Shown here piece by piece: positions 1-13,134 of a stretch of DNA of 64,000 bases (position 1 is the stretch's first letter; every line of letters starts with the position of its first letter). The notes beneath the pieces were generated by a model. The model was not told the DNA's origin. It ran no database searches and saw only the letters and a list, made by a program, of their open reading frames with translations. The stretch is from Octopus sinensis (Eukaryota), in contig NC_043000.1 in NCBI RefSeq assembly GCF_006345805.1, positions 159,278,001 through 159,342,000 of the forward strand, written 5' to 3'. The position numbers were made by a program, and so were the translations under genes.

Positions 1-180
1 ACTGAATTTTAGAGCAATCATTATGAAAGTTTAGAATTCCTTTTCAGCAATTATGTTTGTAAATTCATATTTTCATAGTTAGAAAAAATACCATTAAATA
101 CAGAGCCCGTTAAAAGAGTTATAATTATGCAATTAAGAACATTTATTTCACATACAACATACGTCAAAACTTTTACTCAC

Positions 181-584
181 TTTTACTCTTTTACTTGTTT
201 CAGCCATTTGACTGCGGCCATGCTGGAGCACCGCCTTTGGTCGAGCAAATCGACCCCGGGACTTATTCTTTGTAAGCCCAGTACTTATTCTATCGGTCTG
301 TTTTGCCGAACCGCTAAGTGACGGGGACATAGACACACCAGCACCGGTTGTCAAGCAATGCTAGAGGAACAAACACAGACACACAAACATATATACACAC
401 ATATATATATATACATATATACGACAGGCTTCTTTCAGTTTCCGTCTACCAAATCCACTCACAAGGCTTTGGTTGGCCCGAGGCTATAGCAGAAGACACT
501 TGCCCAAGATGCCACGCAGTGGGACTGAACCCGGACCCATGTGGTTGGTTAGCAAGCTACTTACCACACAGCCACTCCTGCGCC
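181..584 (-). mobile_element. SINE family A (about 400 bp, tRNA-like head, internal TA/TG microsatellite)
   Basis: High similarity to five other full copies in the window; head GGCGCAGGAGTGGCTGTGTGG...GGTTCAGTCCC, tail CTGAAACAAGTAAAAGAG. Confidence 0.9.
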
Positions 585-589
585 TATAT

Positions 590-681
<92 letters not shown>

Positions 682-704
682 ATATAATATATATATATAT
701 AATA

Positions 705-742
<38 letters not shown>
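585..742. repeat. (TA)n microsatellite
   Basis: Direct reading. Confidence 0.95.
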
Positions 743-743
<1 letters not shown>

Positions 744-846
744 TAGTCTTGCTAGGATGATTGTTTTGAGCAAAATCCTTAGTTTGGTAGCAATATATCA
801 TTAGGAGTCAACTTGTTGCAATTTCTAGCTTCTTAGTATTTATCAG

Positions 847-1659
847 CTGGGCCCGAATTAAGCCCCATAGAGGCCCTAAGCACTTACACGATTCTGGTGC
901 CTTCATATACATGTGTGTGTGAATCAAAATATAAACAATAATAAAGCATAAAATAAGATTATTTTTATCAAAGTGAAACAAAACTAACGGTAAGATGGAA
1001 AATAAGCTTTACTTTTGTAAACTTCCACTTCATATATATTTGAAAAGTTTTCTCCTACTTTAAATTTTTTTTTTATAATGACAATGTCTTTGATCAGATC
1101 CTCACTATAACACCGTGAACACTTTGAAATTAGTTTTGCGATTATATAAACCACTTCGAATATTATGTCAACAGAAGTGGCTGTGTGGTAAGTAGCTTGC
1201 TTACCAACCACATGGTTCCAGGTTCAGTTCCACTGCTTGGCACCTTGGGCAAGTGTCTTTTCTATAGCCTCAATCCAACCAAAGCCTTGTGAGCGGACTT
1301 GGTAGACGGAAACTGAAAGAAGCCCGTCGCATATATGTATATATATATATGTGTGTATATATGTTTGTGTGTCTCTGTTTGTCCCCCTCAACATCGCTTG
1401 ACAACCGATGTTTACGTCCCCGTAACTTAGCGGTTCGGCAAAAGAGACCGATAGAATGAGTATTAGGCTTACAAAGGATAAGTCCTGGGGTCGATTTGTT
1501 CGACTAAAGGCGGTGCTCCAGCATGACCACAGTCAAATGACTGAAACAAGTAAAAGAGTAAGTTTGTGCCCATTTACCATTTCCGTGGCCCCCCCTCCTC
1601 CCACCTCCCTTGATGCTCTAAGCATGGAGCTATTTTGCTTAATGATTAATCCAGCGCTG
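847..1659. mobile_element. Old hAT-type non-autonomous element containing a SINE A insertion
   Basis: Imperfect 14-15-bp TIRs (CTGGGCCCGAATTAA / TTAATCCAGCGCTG) and a degenerate 8-bp TSD TTTATCAG / CTCATCAG. Confidence 0.5.
1172..1562 (+). mobile_element. SINE family A
   Basis: Aligns with the copy at 181-584 in inverted orientation. Confidence 0.9.
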
Positions 1660-2001
1660 CTCATCAGATCATAGTATATTTGATAATACGATATGATGTC
1701 ATAACAAAAGCACTGTGCAATAGAAATAGTTTGAAAAGTGCATTTGTACGATGTTATCGTCTTGTAGTTTACATGCGCATTATAAATCTGTTGAATGTTC
1801 TCATTAAAGCAGCGAAGAATGCAGAAAAAGGAAATCAACGAAATAACCAGCTGTTAAAAAAAACAACATTAATTAGATTAACACTAGTATTTTTAATATA
1901 TGGAGCATCAAAAGTTGACTATAAATAATTATGCACTGAAGAAAAAATAAGAACAATATTAATTAACTAATATTATTTTATTTCGGCAAATATATTTTCT
2001 A

Positions 2002-2292
2002 TGACCCCCTTCGGTTACGACATAGACCATGGGATTGCACCTAAAAAGTTACCCTCCCAGGCACAAGTCCGGTCAATGTTGTTTATGGAAGACCAGCAGT
2101 TGCCACCAGTGTTTATCCAAGGGAAAGACAAAGGCTGATACAGCTTGGCACCTGTGACGTCGCAACTCATTTCTACAGCTGAGTGAACTGGAGCAACATG
2201 AAATAAAGTGTCTTGCTCAAGAACACAACACACAGCCCGGTCTGGGATTCGAGCTCACAACTCACGATCGTAAGCTTGACGCTGTAACCACT
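2002..2292 (-). mobile_element. SINE family C (tRNA head, GTTCTTGAGCAAG...CACTCAGCTG core)
   Basis: Aligns with the copy at 52531-52856. Confidence 0.85.
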
Positions 2293-3360
2293 TATAATTA
2301 ATTCATGAGTGAATTAGCGAAATAATGAATGAAGAATCACTAATAAGTATACAAAAAATATCATGGTTAGCTTTAAAGACTAAAATTATTTTGAGATTAT
2401 GGTTTGTGAGGACTAGCGTTTATTTTCTACATAAGAAAGAAAAGAAAAGGTTTAAAATTGTTCCAATATTTTCTATCTCTTTCCTCATTTTTTGCTTCAA
2501 ATCTAAAACATTTTTCAACTGGAATGTCATTTTTCATATATCGCCATATTAAAAACAAATCTTTTTTTCGAGAATTCTAACCGCAATTTAAAAGGCACGT
2601 TGGAAGGAATTAATAGGAGTTACTGCTAGGAATTTTAGCTGAAGCAGGAATGTAAAAGACCCAGTTTTCAGTGACGCGTCTGTGCTAGTAAAACTGTTTA
2701 TTTATTATTATTGTTATTCGCTATTTTGGTGGGGGAGGTACAAAAAAAAACCTTCATAAATAGTGATGATAGAAATTGGATTCTGCATTCTCAACTAATG
2801 TATTTTAGACTCATTAGCTGACAGATAGTTACTTGAGCAGTTGAAAGATGATAAAATAGTAGTGTAGATCTATTAGTTTTCGTTTAATTAAGTTTCAGAG
2901 ATTCTAATATAATTAAGACAACAACAACAACAACAGAAGGAATGGAGTCAGAAGCAGCAAAAACAACATCAGAAGCAGCAAATATGACGAAATATAAGAC
3001 ATAATTTAAACACATAATATCTTTGAATGTCATAGTGAAGAGTGCAATTTGTAGTCAAAGAAAATGTCAATCCTTTCTCTTTCTCAGCATTCTTTCTAAT
3101 CCTTCTTATACTCCTCCCTTTTTTAAATATCAATTCACAATTCTCTTTATCTCTTTCTATCTCTCTCTCACTCTTTCTCTGTCTCCCTCTCTCTTATTCT
3201 CTCACCTTTCTTGTGTACGCGCAAAAGAATGTCTACGTGCCGGAGATTTCTCAAAACTAAAGACAGTAAATCAGTCTTAATAAAAATGGTATTCACACAT
3301 TTATTTTCTGCGTTTTGCTATGTATAAGTGTTGTTTATACATCTAAAAGTTTTGTATACA

Positions 3361-3522
3361 GGCGCAGGGGTGGCTGTGTGGTAAGTAGCTTGTTTACCAA
3401 CCACATGGTTCTGGGTTCAGTCCCACTGAGTGGCACCTTGGGCAAGTGTCTTCTACTATAGCCTCGGGCCGACCAAAGCCTTGTGAGTGGATTTGGTAGA
3501 CGGAAACTGAAAGAAGCCCGTC

Positions 3523-3556
<34 letters not shown>

Positions 3557-3780
3557 GCGTGTGTGTGTTTGTGTGTCTGTGTTTGTCCCCCTAGCATTGC
3601 TTGACAACCGATGTTGGTGTGTTTATGTCCCCGTTACTTAGCGGGTCGGCAAAAAAGACCGATAGAATAAGTACTGGGCTTACAAAAGAATAAGTCGATT
3701 TGCTCGATTAAAGGCGGTGCTCCAGCATGGCCGCAGTCAAAATGACTGAAACAAGTAAAAGAGAAAAAGAGAGTAAAGAG
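3361..3780 (+). mobile_element. SINE family A
   Basis: Full-length match to the other copies. Confidence 0.9.
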
Positions 3781-4664
3781 ATACATACACACACAGACTC
3801 ATTTATATAAAGTGCGCGGGTGTATGCATGTATATGTATATATGTGTGTGTAAATATGTACACATATATATGTGAATACGTGTATGTATGTTCTTCCATG
3901 TATGTGTATAGATATGTATATATGAAGCACATCTGAAACGAAAATATGCATGAAAATAAAATCAAGCTACAATAGTATTTCTAGCTGCCAGACGTCTGCA
4001 AGAAATATAGGATTGCGCGATGCATTCATCAGCTGAATTACAAAGACAGACACATGAGAATTTTGCTTTTTATATACTTACGATTTAGAAACCGGTTATA
4101 TACGAAGATTCGTGATGCCTTCATAAGCGGAAACGCAAAATATGTCACGTAATGATATTTGTTTATATATATACTGCATTGTAGATATTGGTTATATCCG
4201 TAATTATCAAAACGCCAAAACAAAATATCAAAATATGCTTTATTTTGCGAACCTTCAAGCGTCGTCGAATCACCCAAGTAAACTTCGTAAATACATATAG
4301 GAACTGTTGTAATAATTATAAAAAGGAAGATATTAGCAGTTATTAGAACTTTATTCGTCTTTTTATGCAAAGTAATTAGCAGAGAGCTGAATCGAAAATT
4401 TATGAAATTAACTATACACATATGCAAATAAAAGCGAATGAATACTTGGAAATAAACCAAGATACTTTAATTAAACAAATATTTAATATATATATAATCT
4501 ATATCTTTTTTGGAAACGATCGAGTTTTTGGAAGAGATGATATCTTCATCGTGAAGACTACAAAGACAGCTATGTGGGAAGTTTATTATTTACAACACAA
4601 CGAATATAGTTAGTTTACGAATCAGTCATATCTTTTATCATTTATTTTTTTATTTGTTTGTTAT

Positions 4665-5538
4665 TAGACTGGGGTCATGCTGGGGCACTGCTTTGAAGAA
4701 ATTTTAGTCGAATGAGTCGACCTCAGTGTTTTTTATGCTTTTAAGCCTGGTACTTATTCTTATCGATCTCTTTGCTCAACGACTAAGTTACAAGGACATA
4801 AAATCACCAACATCGGTTGCCAATTGGTGGTGGTACAAGCACAGATACACGCACACATGTATATATGTATGTATGTATGTATGCATGTATAATTATATAT
4901 TATACGCTCACGTGGTCACTCTAGTTTTATCCTGTTTTAACCTCCGAACCTTTGGACTTACATATCTTAACTACTTCCTGAACTTTCTGCACCTCTCCTC
5001 ATCTACGTACCCGCACTCCACCTGGATCACCACAGGATATACTGACTCTACTTTCACGGATTTCGCTGGACTCTTCCGTTAATGTAAAATCTCTACAATT
5101 TCAGACTTCTGAACTTTGTGATTTTTCATACGCCGTACGTTATTTGCCTTTCACTCTTCTTTTCTTATTCACAAGTTTTTTTAATTCTCTCTCTCTCTCT
5201 CTCTTTTCTCTTATTCCTTTCTGTTGAAGAGCGTAGGTTCGAAACTTAAAAGACATTTTCACTTTCCAGAGTGTCAAAGTAATATAACTGCTTGTTGTTC
5301 ATACACCTGTCTGTCTTGTTTTTCAATAAATTTCAACGATATATATATATATTCAAAATGTGACCGCGTGTGTACCGTTGGCGATTTTTTTCCCTCCGTC
5401 TTCCCTTCTTTGGACCTTTCCTTTTCCTATGTTTTCTCTGCAATAGCAGAAGACTCACACAAGATGCCACTCAGTGGGACTGAACCCGGGACCCTGTAGT
5501 TGGGAAGCAAGCTTTTTACCACACAGCCACGCCTGTCC
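4665..5538 (-). mobile_element. Diverged family-A-like SINE split by a Penelope-like insertion (about 4905-5440)
   Basis: SINE 3' half at 4665-4860 and 5' half at 5441-5538; between them a C/T-rich insert containing CTGTTGAAGAGCGTAGG.TCGAAAC. Confidence 0.6.
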
Positions 5539-6129
5539 CTATGTACACATAAATACTTTCAATTTCCTTTGAATTGCCGACATTCCCTTTAAAAAATGGT
5601 TTTAAAATTATCTTACAGAAATGTGCTGTTATGGCTATCATAGAAATAATTACATAGTAATTACAACGAAATATTTCTTTGATGCAAAGACATTAGTAGA
5701 TAGCTCAATAAGAGTGGGAAAAAACGTGTAGAGCTAAGATATGACGGAGTGTAAATACAGCTGAAGTAGAGAGATACTTGAAAATAGATACATGTTAGAT
5801 TTTAATATTAATCTATAGTCTATTTCTTCGCTTGACACGATAGAGATTTTAGCAGTCAGATGTTAATAGAAATATATGGACAAGTTTTGCCTTTATTCGA
5901 AATGTGATGAGAATCGTATGAAAGTATTACTCTTTATATACAGTCATAGAAATAACTACAAACCCTTATGCAATATTAATTTTTGCATTATGCATTCCAT
6001 ACTCAAACAGATCTCCGTTATTTTTAAAGGGTACTAATGTATATGCAAACAAATACACAAATATGGTGCGTTGGTGAGGTTAATGAGTAAGGGTGAGTGG
6101 GTGTGCATACATATATAATGTCCTTTTTC

Positions 6130-6550
6130 GGACTTTTTCGGTTTGAACGGCAGTTTTTAAAAAATAATTTCCACGTAACTAAACACTTTTAAACTTCGTA
6201 TACTGGTAGAATGTGTTTATAAAACATCTTTTTCTCTTGGCTTTATTGAGGAAATTCTATAGTTTGTAAGATATTTGTTGTTTTTTTCTTCAATTTCTGC
6301 AATTTCAACCAATCAATGACGTCTATTGAGGTGAAAAACATTGTGTCGTATGAATATGTCCCTCGTTTAAGAAACAGATTGGGTTTATTTACATTTCTGA
6401 AGAAAAAGGATACTCTTCCCCCCACCCCTAACTAACCCTAACCCTAAAACAGATTGAAATGCAATAGATCGATACTAGGGTCATAATTATGGGTGACAAT
6501 TTCATATGACACCGCTAGTAAAAACTGCCGTTAAAACCGAAAAGATCCCC
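6130..6550. mobile_element. MITE with about 30-bp TIRs and internal (TAACCC)n, copy 1
   Basis: TIR TTTTCGGTTT.AACGGCAGTTTTT; near-identical to 50956-51372. Confidence 0.85.
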
Positions 6551-6619
6551 TTTTTCTTCTAGTCATTGCTATCGTTTAGCCCTAGGTAGATTTTTTATTG
6601 AACAAACACATGATAAGAA

Positions 6620-6990
6620 CAACTGTCTTTGTTGAACTTCAGCATTTGTCTTTAGCAGATCCAGCTATCACATATAAGTTCTATGAGAGCTCGGTTTTCA
6701 GGTGTTTGTTTAGTTTGCAGTGTTTGAATTCAACTCCTGTTGATATGAAGAAACTACCGCAATATTCAGTCTTAGACCAGAGTCTCTCAATCGTTTCGGT
6801 CTTCGCTCCTGTTGAATCAACACCCAAACATTGAATGTGGATGGAGACTTGTGAACAGCCACAGTCTATTCTACATTTAACTCAAGCTCAGACATTCATC
6901 ATCAGGTGTACATCTTTCAGGACTAGAATGAGTTCCACGGAGCAGCAAGGGAACTTCTGCCAGGTTAAACGACCTCCGAAAATAGGGGCC
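6620..6990 (-). pseudogene. Possible Merlin/IS1016-like transposase remnant
   Basis: VDSTGAKTETIERLWS resembles the Merlin VDP.TGAHT..IE.LW motif; an upstream IFGG lies in a broken frame. Confidence 0.35.
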
Positions 6991-7192
6991 AAGTTCTCCT
7001 TAGACAACAACTCACCGTCTTAGAAAGGATGTATTGGTTAAAGCATTCTTGAATACCTTTTCCGATAATAAAATAAAGATGTTCACGATTGTTTGATTAG
7101 AATAGGTCCCGGATTAAACGACAACTTCTATGATGTTGATACTTAGGCACCACTGGCAAGGTTTTCTCAATACTAGTCTCCTTTATTAATAC

Positions 7193-7405
7193 TGTAGCGT
7201 ACGCTTAACGAAATTCTCTCTCTCTCTCTCCTCTCTCTCTCTGTTATATATAACATAAATACGGACGTAGCAGATAACAGCTAACCTTCGGCCGCTTGGA
7301 CCCTGTTGTGTCCACTACTCTGGTTGGTTGGTATTTGGCGCAATTTGTCCAAGCAGCCGAAGATTAGCTGTTATCTGCTACGTCCGTATTTATGTTATAT
7401 ATAAC

Positions 7406-7468
<63 letters not shown>

Positions 7469-7487
7469 TCACTAAGCGTACGCTACA
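7193..7487. repeat. Foldback element with about 110-bp near-perfect arms that include (CT)n/(AG)n
   Basis: Arms about 7193-7301 and 7347-7487 are reverse complements apart from microsatellite length. Confidence 0.9.
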
Positions 7488-8615
7488 CTACTTTTCAGTT
7501 TTATTAATATGGTATGCATCTGGAGACGAGATCACTTAGAAATAATTTGTCTCATCAACCTAAAACAGCGTTCATTTTGTTGACATTGATAAGGATAAGT
7601 AAAATCGATATAAGCTTGTTATGAAATCAGTTGAGATATATTACAAATAGGCTAAAACTAGACACTGCATTTCTAGCATAAATCTGTAACTAAGGAGAAG
7701 GCGTGATAGGGCGACCTACAGGAAATAGCAGTAAAATTTCGCTTAAAAGTACACTGTTATCTTAAAGACAGAAGGTGACATTTTAGATACAGTTTCTGAA
7801 AAATGCTAAACGGTCAAAGTTGGATGTTTTAATCTTATGTTTGCTAATTAAAGCTAAACAACACTAACAACAGCAACAACAAGAACTAGTGTATCGAGAT
7901 CTACGAAATGGGGGATGAAGAAAATAATCTAGCAGAATTTGAACTTAAAAATCGAGAGAAGTAAAACGAAATATTTCATAGACGTTAATCAGTGCGCAGT
8001 TTTCTTTGACCTTCTCCACCTCTCTCCTTTACTCGAATAATTGTTGTGAATAAAGTGTAAAAATTACGACGACATTCTTATAGAGAGGGGGAAGATACAA
8101 AGACGGGTGGAGAGTTTGAGAAAACAAAGTTATATTTTGCCAAAGTTGCTCAGCGAAAAGAAAAATTCTGGAATGTGTCTTAAGGGTAATGTGTACTTAA
8201 GTCATTTAATAATTTTTTTAATAACATAATTATTCATTTTCTTGTCAATTATATTTAATAATTTCAATCGGTCTGACATTGAAGCTTTCAGCATTACGTG
8301 GCAGCGACCTTTCAAATGAAGTGACAAGCTGAAAGGTGAGTTCTTAAGAACGGTTGGTATATTTCGGGAAGAAATAGTTACACAGAGTAAAGAATAGGCA
8401 AACAGCCATCTTACCCCATTTAGTTAACCTGCCCTCATTTCACATCACCATCCAATTATTTGCATAAGTTAAATGGTATAAGTATGAATAAAGAGTAAAT
8501 GTTTTATAGACTACTGAAATATCAAACGGTAAGGGCTACGGCGTCGAAATATGGAGTATTTGACTTTAATCATCTCGTCTTTATTCAAATCCTAACATGA
8601 CTGAATTTATTTAAT

Positions 8616-9010
8616 CTCTTTTACTTGTTTCAGTCATTTGACTGCAGCCATGCTGGAGCACCGCCTTTCAGTCGAGCAAATCGACCCCAGGACATATTCT
8701 TTGTAAGCCTAGTACTTATTCTATCGGTCTCTTTTTGCCGAACCGCTAAGTGACGTAAGGGACGTAAACACACCAGCATCGGTTGTCATGCGATGTTGGG
8801 GACACAACCACAAACATATATATATACATACATACATACATATATACGACGGGCTTCTTTCAGTTTCCGTCTACCAAATCCACTCACAAGGCTTTGGTTG
8901 GGCCGAGGCTATAGTAGACGACACTTGCCCAAGGTGCCACGCAGTGGGACTGAACCCGGAACCATGTGGTTGGTAAGCAATCTACTTACCACACAGCCAC
9001 TCCTACGCCT
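8616..9010 (-). mobile_element. SINE family A
   Basis: Full-length match to the other copies. Confidence 0.9.
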
Positions 9011-9964
9011 ATTCATCACTTTTGCAATATTTGTTTTTTTATGAATAAATTAAATGGAAAGGGATAATGACCATTGTCTTTGTTAGTGCTCATATTGGTA
9101 AAGTGAGTGCTGTTGTAACTTAGATTAATGAATGTAGGAAAATCGAAGATTGATAGGAACTTCCGAGCTATTGAAGATCGAAAGTTTTTGTCCTTCTTAA
9201 GCAGCTCTGACAGAGCAAACTTATGATTAAAAGCATTTAAGATAAGACCATCTTGCCTTTTTTCTGCGTTCAGGTAATCCTGAACAATATTACCTAATGT
9301 ATCTTTTATAAGACAGTGGGGTGTAAGTTGAAGGAGATTAGACTGCTATTTCTTGCAGTGATCATAGAGGCTTTCTAAGGTATGAGATGGTAAGGTCTGG
9401 GATGTGCGCCACAGTAGACATCTGAAGGGAACGAAAGACAGGGCATCCATAAAGACCGAGAGGCACAGGATACGTAGCTAGCTACATTAGAGAAGTAGAT
9501 GTCGGTACAGAAACGATACTAGTGAATAAGAACGGCAGCTTGTCTTTGGCTTAGCGGCAATGGAATGTTACTGTGTCAATTCTAAATCATTTTCTGAATC
9601 CAAGCCCTGGCTGAGATAAATTCATTATTTGTTTTCTTTTGTACTTGCTGTCATTGCTACAGTAAGTGAACCCCCATACCAGCCATTATTGTGCCTTCTT
9701 TCTTCATTCACAAATACTCGGGTTTTAAAATGTGTTGCCCCATACCTATGTTAGAAATCATTATTAGGGGAGGACCGTGATGGCAGAATCAGGTGACCAC
9801 CGGACAAATGCTTTGCATTATTTGGTTATGCTTTTGTTAAAGTCTACTTTACATTTCATTATTTCATGGGTCACATTTCTCGTCCATGCACAACCTGGTG
9901 GAAATTTGTCGAACACTTCAATAATAAAAGTCAAGTTTGCCATTTGGTTTCAATTCTCGCATAA

Positions 9965-10146
9965 TATAATTTTTGCGTTACACTTTCGTTCTCTCACTTT
10001 AAAATCACTAAACTGTTCTTGGTCACCCTCTACGAGGCACTCGAAGGCACTAGGCATCAATTTTTTTTTTATAAATGTCTGTGCTTAATTTAAAATTGTC
10101 CCTGATTTTAAAGTGAGAGAACGAAAGTGTAACGTAAAAATTTATA
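9965..10146. repeat. MITE-like inverted repeat, about 43-bp arms, TA termini
   Basis: 9965-10007 vs 10103-10146 differ by one mismatch and one indel. Confidence 0.85.
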
Positions 10147-11802
10147 CAACTTTCTGCACATTTCCATCTACCAAATTCTGTTCACAAGCTACTGTTTGAC
10201 TTGAGACTGTGATAAAACAGTATTACGTTATGGTATCCACCTAGTTAGGAAGTTAAATTTTTTTGCCACGCAAATATTCAATCGACTGAGAATTAATTCC
10301 ATTGAAAATGAGAGGCAAAATGGGTATTTTATCAGAGTCTCAAGTCGAACAATAACTTGTGAACAGAATTTGGTAGATGGAAATGTGCAGAAAGTTGTAT
10401 AAATACCGACAAGGAAACCTAAAACAATTTGTCTTACAATGGGACCCTTTAGGATATTTGTTCTGCGCTGAATTACAACAATACTTTTGTCACTCGGTCA
10501 GTCATAAATGCAGTGAACCAATTATTGGGCAACCAGATGCCTGCAGTATTAAAAAAAAGGGTCCACATCTCTTGCTTCGTTAATATTCTTGAGAAAGTAT
10601 AGTCCTCACAACTTCTCAAAGCATCCCTTTCCGTAAAATACAGAACTGTTCTGCTCAAAATGATCTATTCATTTGTTAGCAGGAATAGGAAAGTAGCAGA
10701 TTAAACAAATGCCATGTGTTGTTTTGCTTCGTCCTTTTATGTTCAAGACCTACCTATATCACATTGCCTATCATCTCGCTGAAGTAGCTCGAATACTTTA
10801 TCAATAATTGGTTTCTCTCTCTCTCTTTTCTTTCTTTTCTGTGTTACTCCTTTGTTCCAGGCGTCCATGTTTTAGCTAAAGACGTAAGCGAAGTGAAATG
10901 GCTTCAGCAGAAATTGAAATTGACGCAGTTACAATGTGTTGAGGGCTGATCACATAGACTATGGGTATGAGATCAATTGTCTGTAATATTCCTTTCGTTT
11001 ATTCTCATTGTCATCATCGTCACTAGTTTGCATAAGTTTTTCCATATTAGAATGGAGTAGAAAGCATTTTAGTGTTTCCTTGTTGCTTGCTGAATTTACT
11101 TCTTCACTCATTCATTCATTTTGATATTGACTTGAAGGTACCTTGTCATCAAATGCTCAGCAATTATAAACTCATATTTGATTCTAAGAAATTTAGAAAA
11201 TGGAAAGGTGTAACTTTTACTGTTTGTCCAATGATAATTTACAAGTAAATCAAACGATTCTCTATTAATTATGACTCAAAAAGTGTCAGAGTTTTGATTT
11301 ACCATAAATTTCATTCTTGTTCTAAGGCGTCCGTTCTTTACTGAGTAAGTATAGCAAACTGTCCCCCACTTCTTTAAATATTGGTCCGGTATCTCGCTAA
11401 GAAGAAATATTTATCTTATACAGAGCAATGGAGATGGTTTATATATTAGACTATCGGATTAGATTGCTTTACAGAACCTTCTATGTTGATTTATTGAGAC
11501 CTAAGTTCAAACGCTGCTGTCAAATTTGACTTTACTGTCAACCTTCTGGGTGTGGTGTGAATAATGGTTGGTTAAATTGCTGTAGATCTTCCAATGCGAA
11601 AATTATATAAGTGAAGCATTAGTAACAGAAATATAATATATAACACGTGCGTAAGTGCTGCGAAGAATCGGATAACCTCTCGTTAAGTAAATACCGTGCT
11701 ACGATTTCAATTTCTGAATAAAGAAATTATTCAGTTTTGATTACTATTACTCTTGTTTACGTCACAATATTCGAGCGCCTTCTCCCTCTAAAATAAAGAA
11801 TC

Positions 11803-12021
11803 TATTTCTTTACTACCCACAAGGGGCTAAACACAGAGGGGACAAACGGATTAAGTCGATTATATCGACCCCAGTGCGTAACTTGTACTTAATTTATCGA
11901 CCCCGAAAGGATGAAAGGCAAAGTCGACCTCGGCGGAATTTGAACTCAGAACGTAACGACAGACGAAATACGGCTACGCATTTCGCCCGGTGTGCTAACG
12001 TTTCTGCCAGCTCACCGCCTT
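11803..12021 (-). mobile_element. SINE family B (young) with 16-bp TSD
   Basis: TSD TCTAAAATAAAGAATC at 11787-11802 and 12022-12037; head GGCGGTGAGCTGGCAGAA...GAGTTCAAATTCC. Confidence 0.9.
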
Positions 12022-12601
12022 TCTAAAATAAAGAATCAACTTGCATCATGACAACTGTAATAACTGGAGACAACTGCCTTCGATGTTTTCTAATCAGATG
12101 CATCTATCGGTATAATCGCTATTGACTTTTCAGGAGTAATGATTCAGCTAATATTTATAGGAGTATGTAACTAAGAACCGCAGATCAGCGAAACATTTGC
12201 AGTGATAAGATGCACTTATTTATGTATCTGCTAACAGCGAACCAACAATTGAGAACGATGTGACTTTTTCAACACGCAAGGGAAGTCATCAGAAAACAAT
12301 AAACGCAATAAACGATGACAGCCCGAAAATCTATAGAGCTCATTAAAACATGTTTACCAAAACATACAAATTCTAAAAAAGAACAGTATTTCACAAGCAA
12401 GACAAAAATACGCGATTTTAAGGAAACAATAGCTACAACAACAACAAACCCCTAAAATATTCCATCTCCCAAACTCACAGCTCTGCACAAAAATGCTTTT
12501 AACAATTACCAGCGTTTTATACACAAAAATGTCTTCAAAAACATGAACAATAACAGCCAGAAAAATAACTTTATGAAACGAAAATTGTATAACCACACAT
12601 A

Positions 12602-13113
12602 CCGTAAATCCTCGGGTATAATCTGCATTTTTTCCCTAAAATTTAAAGGTCAAAATCCCTAGTGCGTACTATATACGAAGTTAAAAATGAAAATTATTTT
12701 CTAAGCAATGTCCGAGTCTCTATTTGCTGTCCGGCAATGTTTATTCAGATGCATTTTGTGATGTCAGGCGCGAAAATACCTTAAGCTAAACCTGAAAGCA
12801 ATGAAGTCATAAAAGAATCATCCATAACTTGCAGTAAGCAACATTTATTAAATGTTATTACTGTTATTTCTTTATTTTCTGCAAACAAAATGCACAAAAA
12901 TGCTACACGTTTGCATTACGTTATATATACAATAATAATAAAAGACGTTACCGTATACATTTTTACAAACCAAGGACGTTATATAGACCCCCTTAACTCA
13001 AGTTAGAGAAAGGGTGCATATTATACACAAGGCTTAGGTTTTTCAGAGGTACAGCCCCCTAAAAATCCCCTGCGTATTATACTCAAGGGCGGACTATACA
13101 CGAGGATTTACGG
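12602..13113. mobile_element. Tc1/mariner-superfamily (Tc2-like) MITE, copy 1
   Basis: TIR CCGTAAATCCTCG.GTATA.TCCGC, TA on both flanks; three copies in the window. Confidence 0.9.
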
Positions 13114-13134
13114 TATTTACTTTGAGATAACCAT

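Noticed and set aside
127-746. ORFs such as MSSNARGTNTDTQT..., recurring at 3335, 8788, 14836 and 23328
   Set aside because: Frames through SINE family A copies
4038-4460. 140-aa ORF in a CpG-rich patch
   Set aside because: Composition typical of AT-rich non-coding DNA; no motifs or splice support
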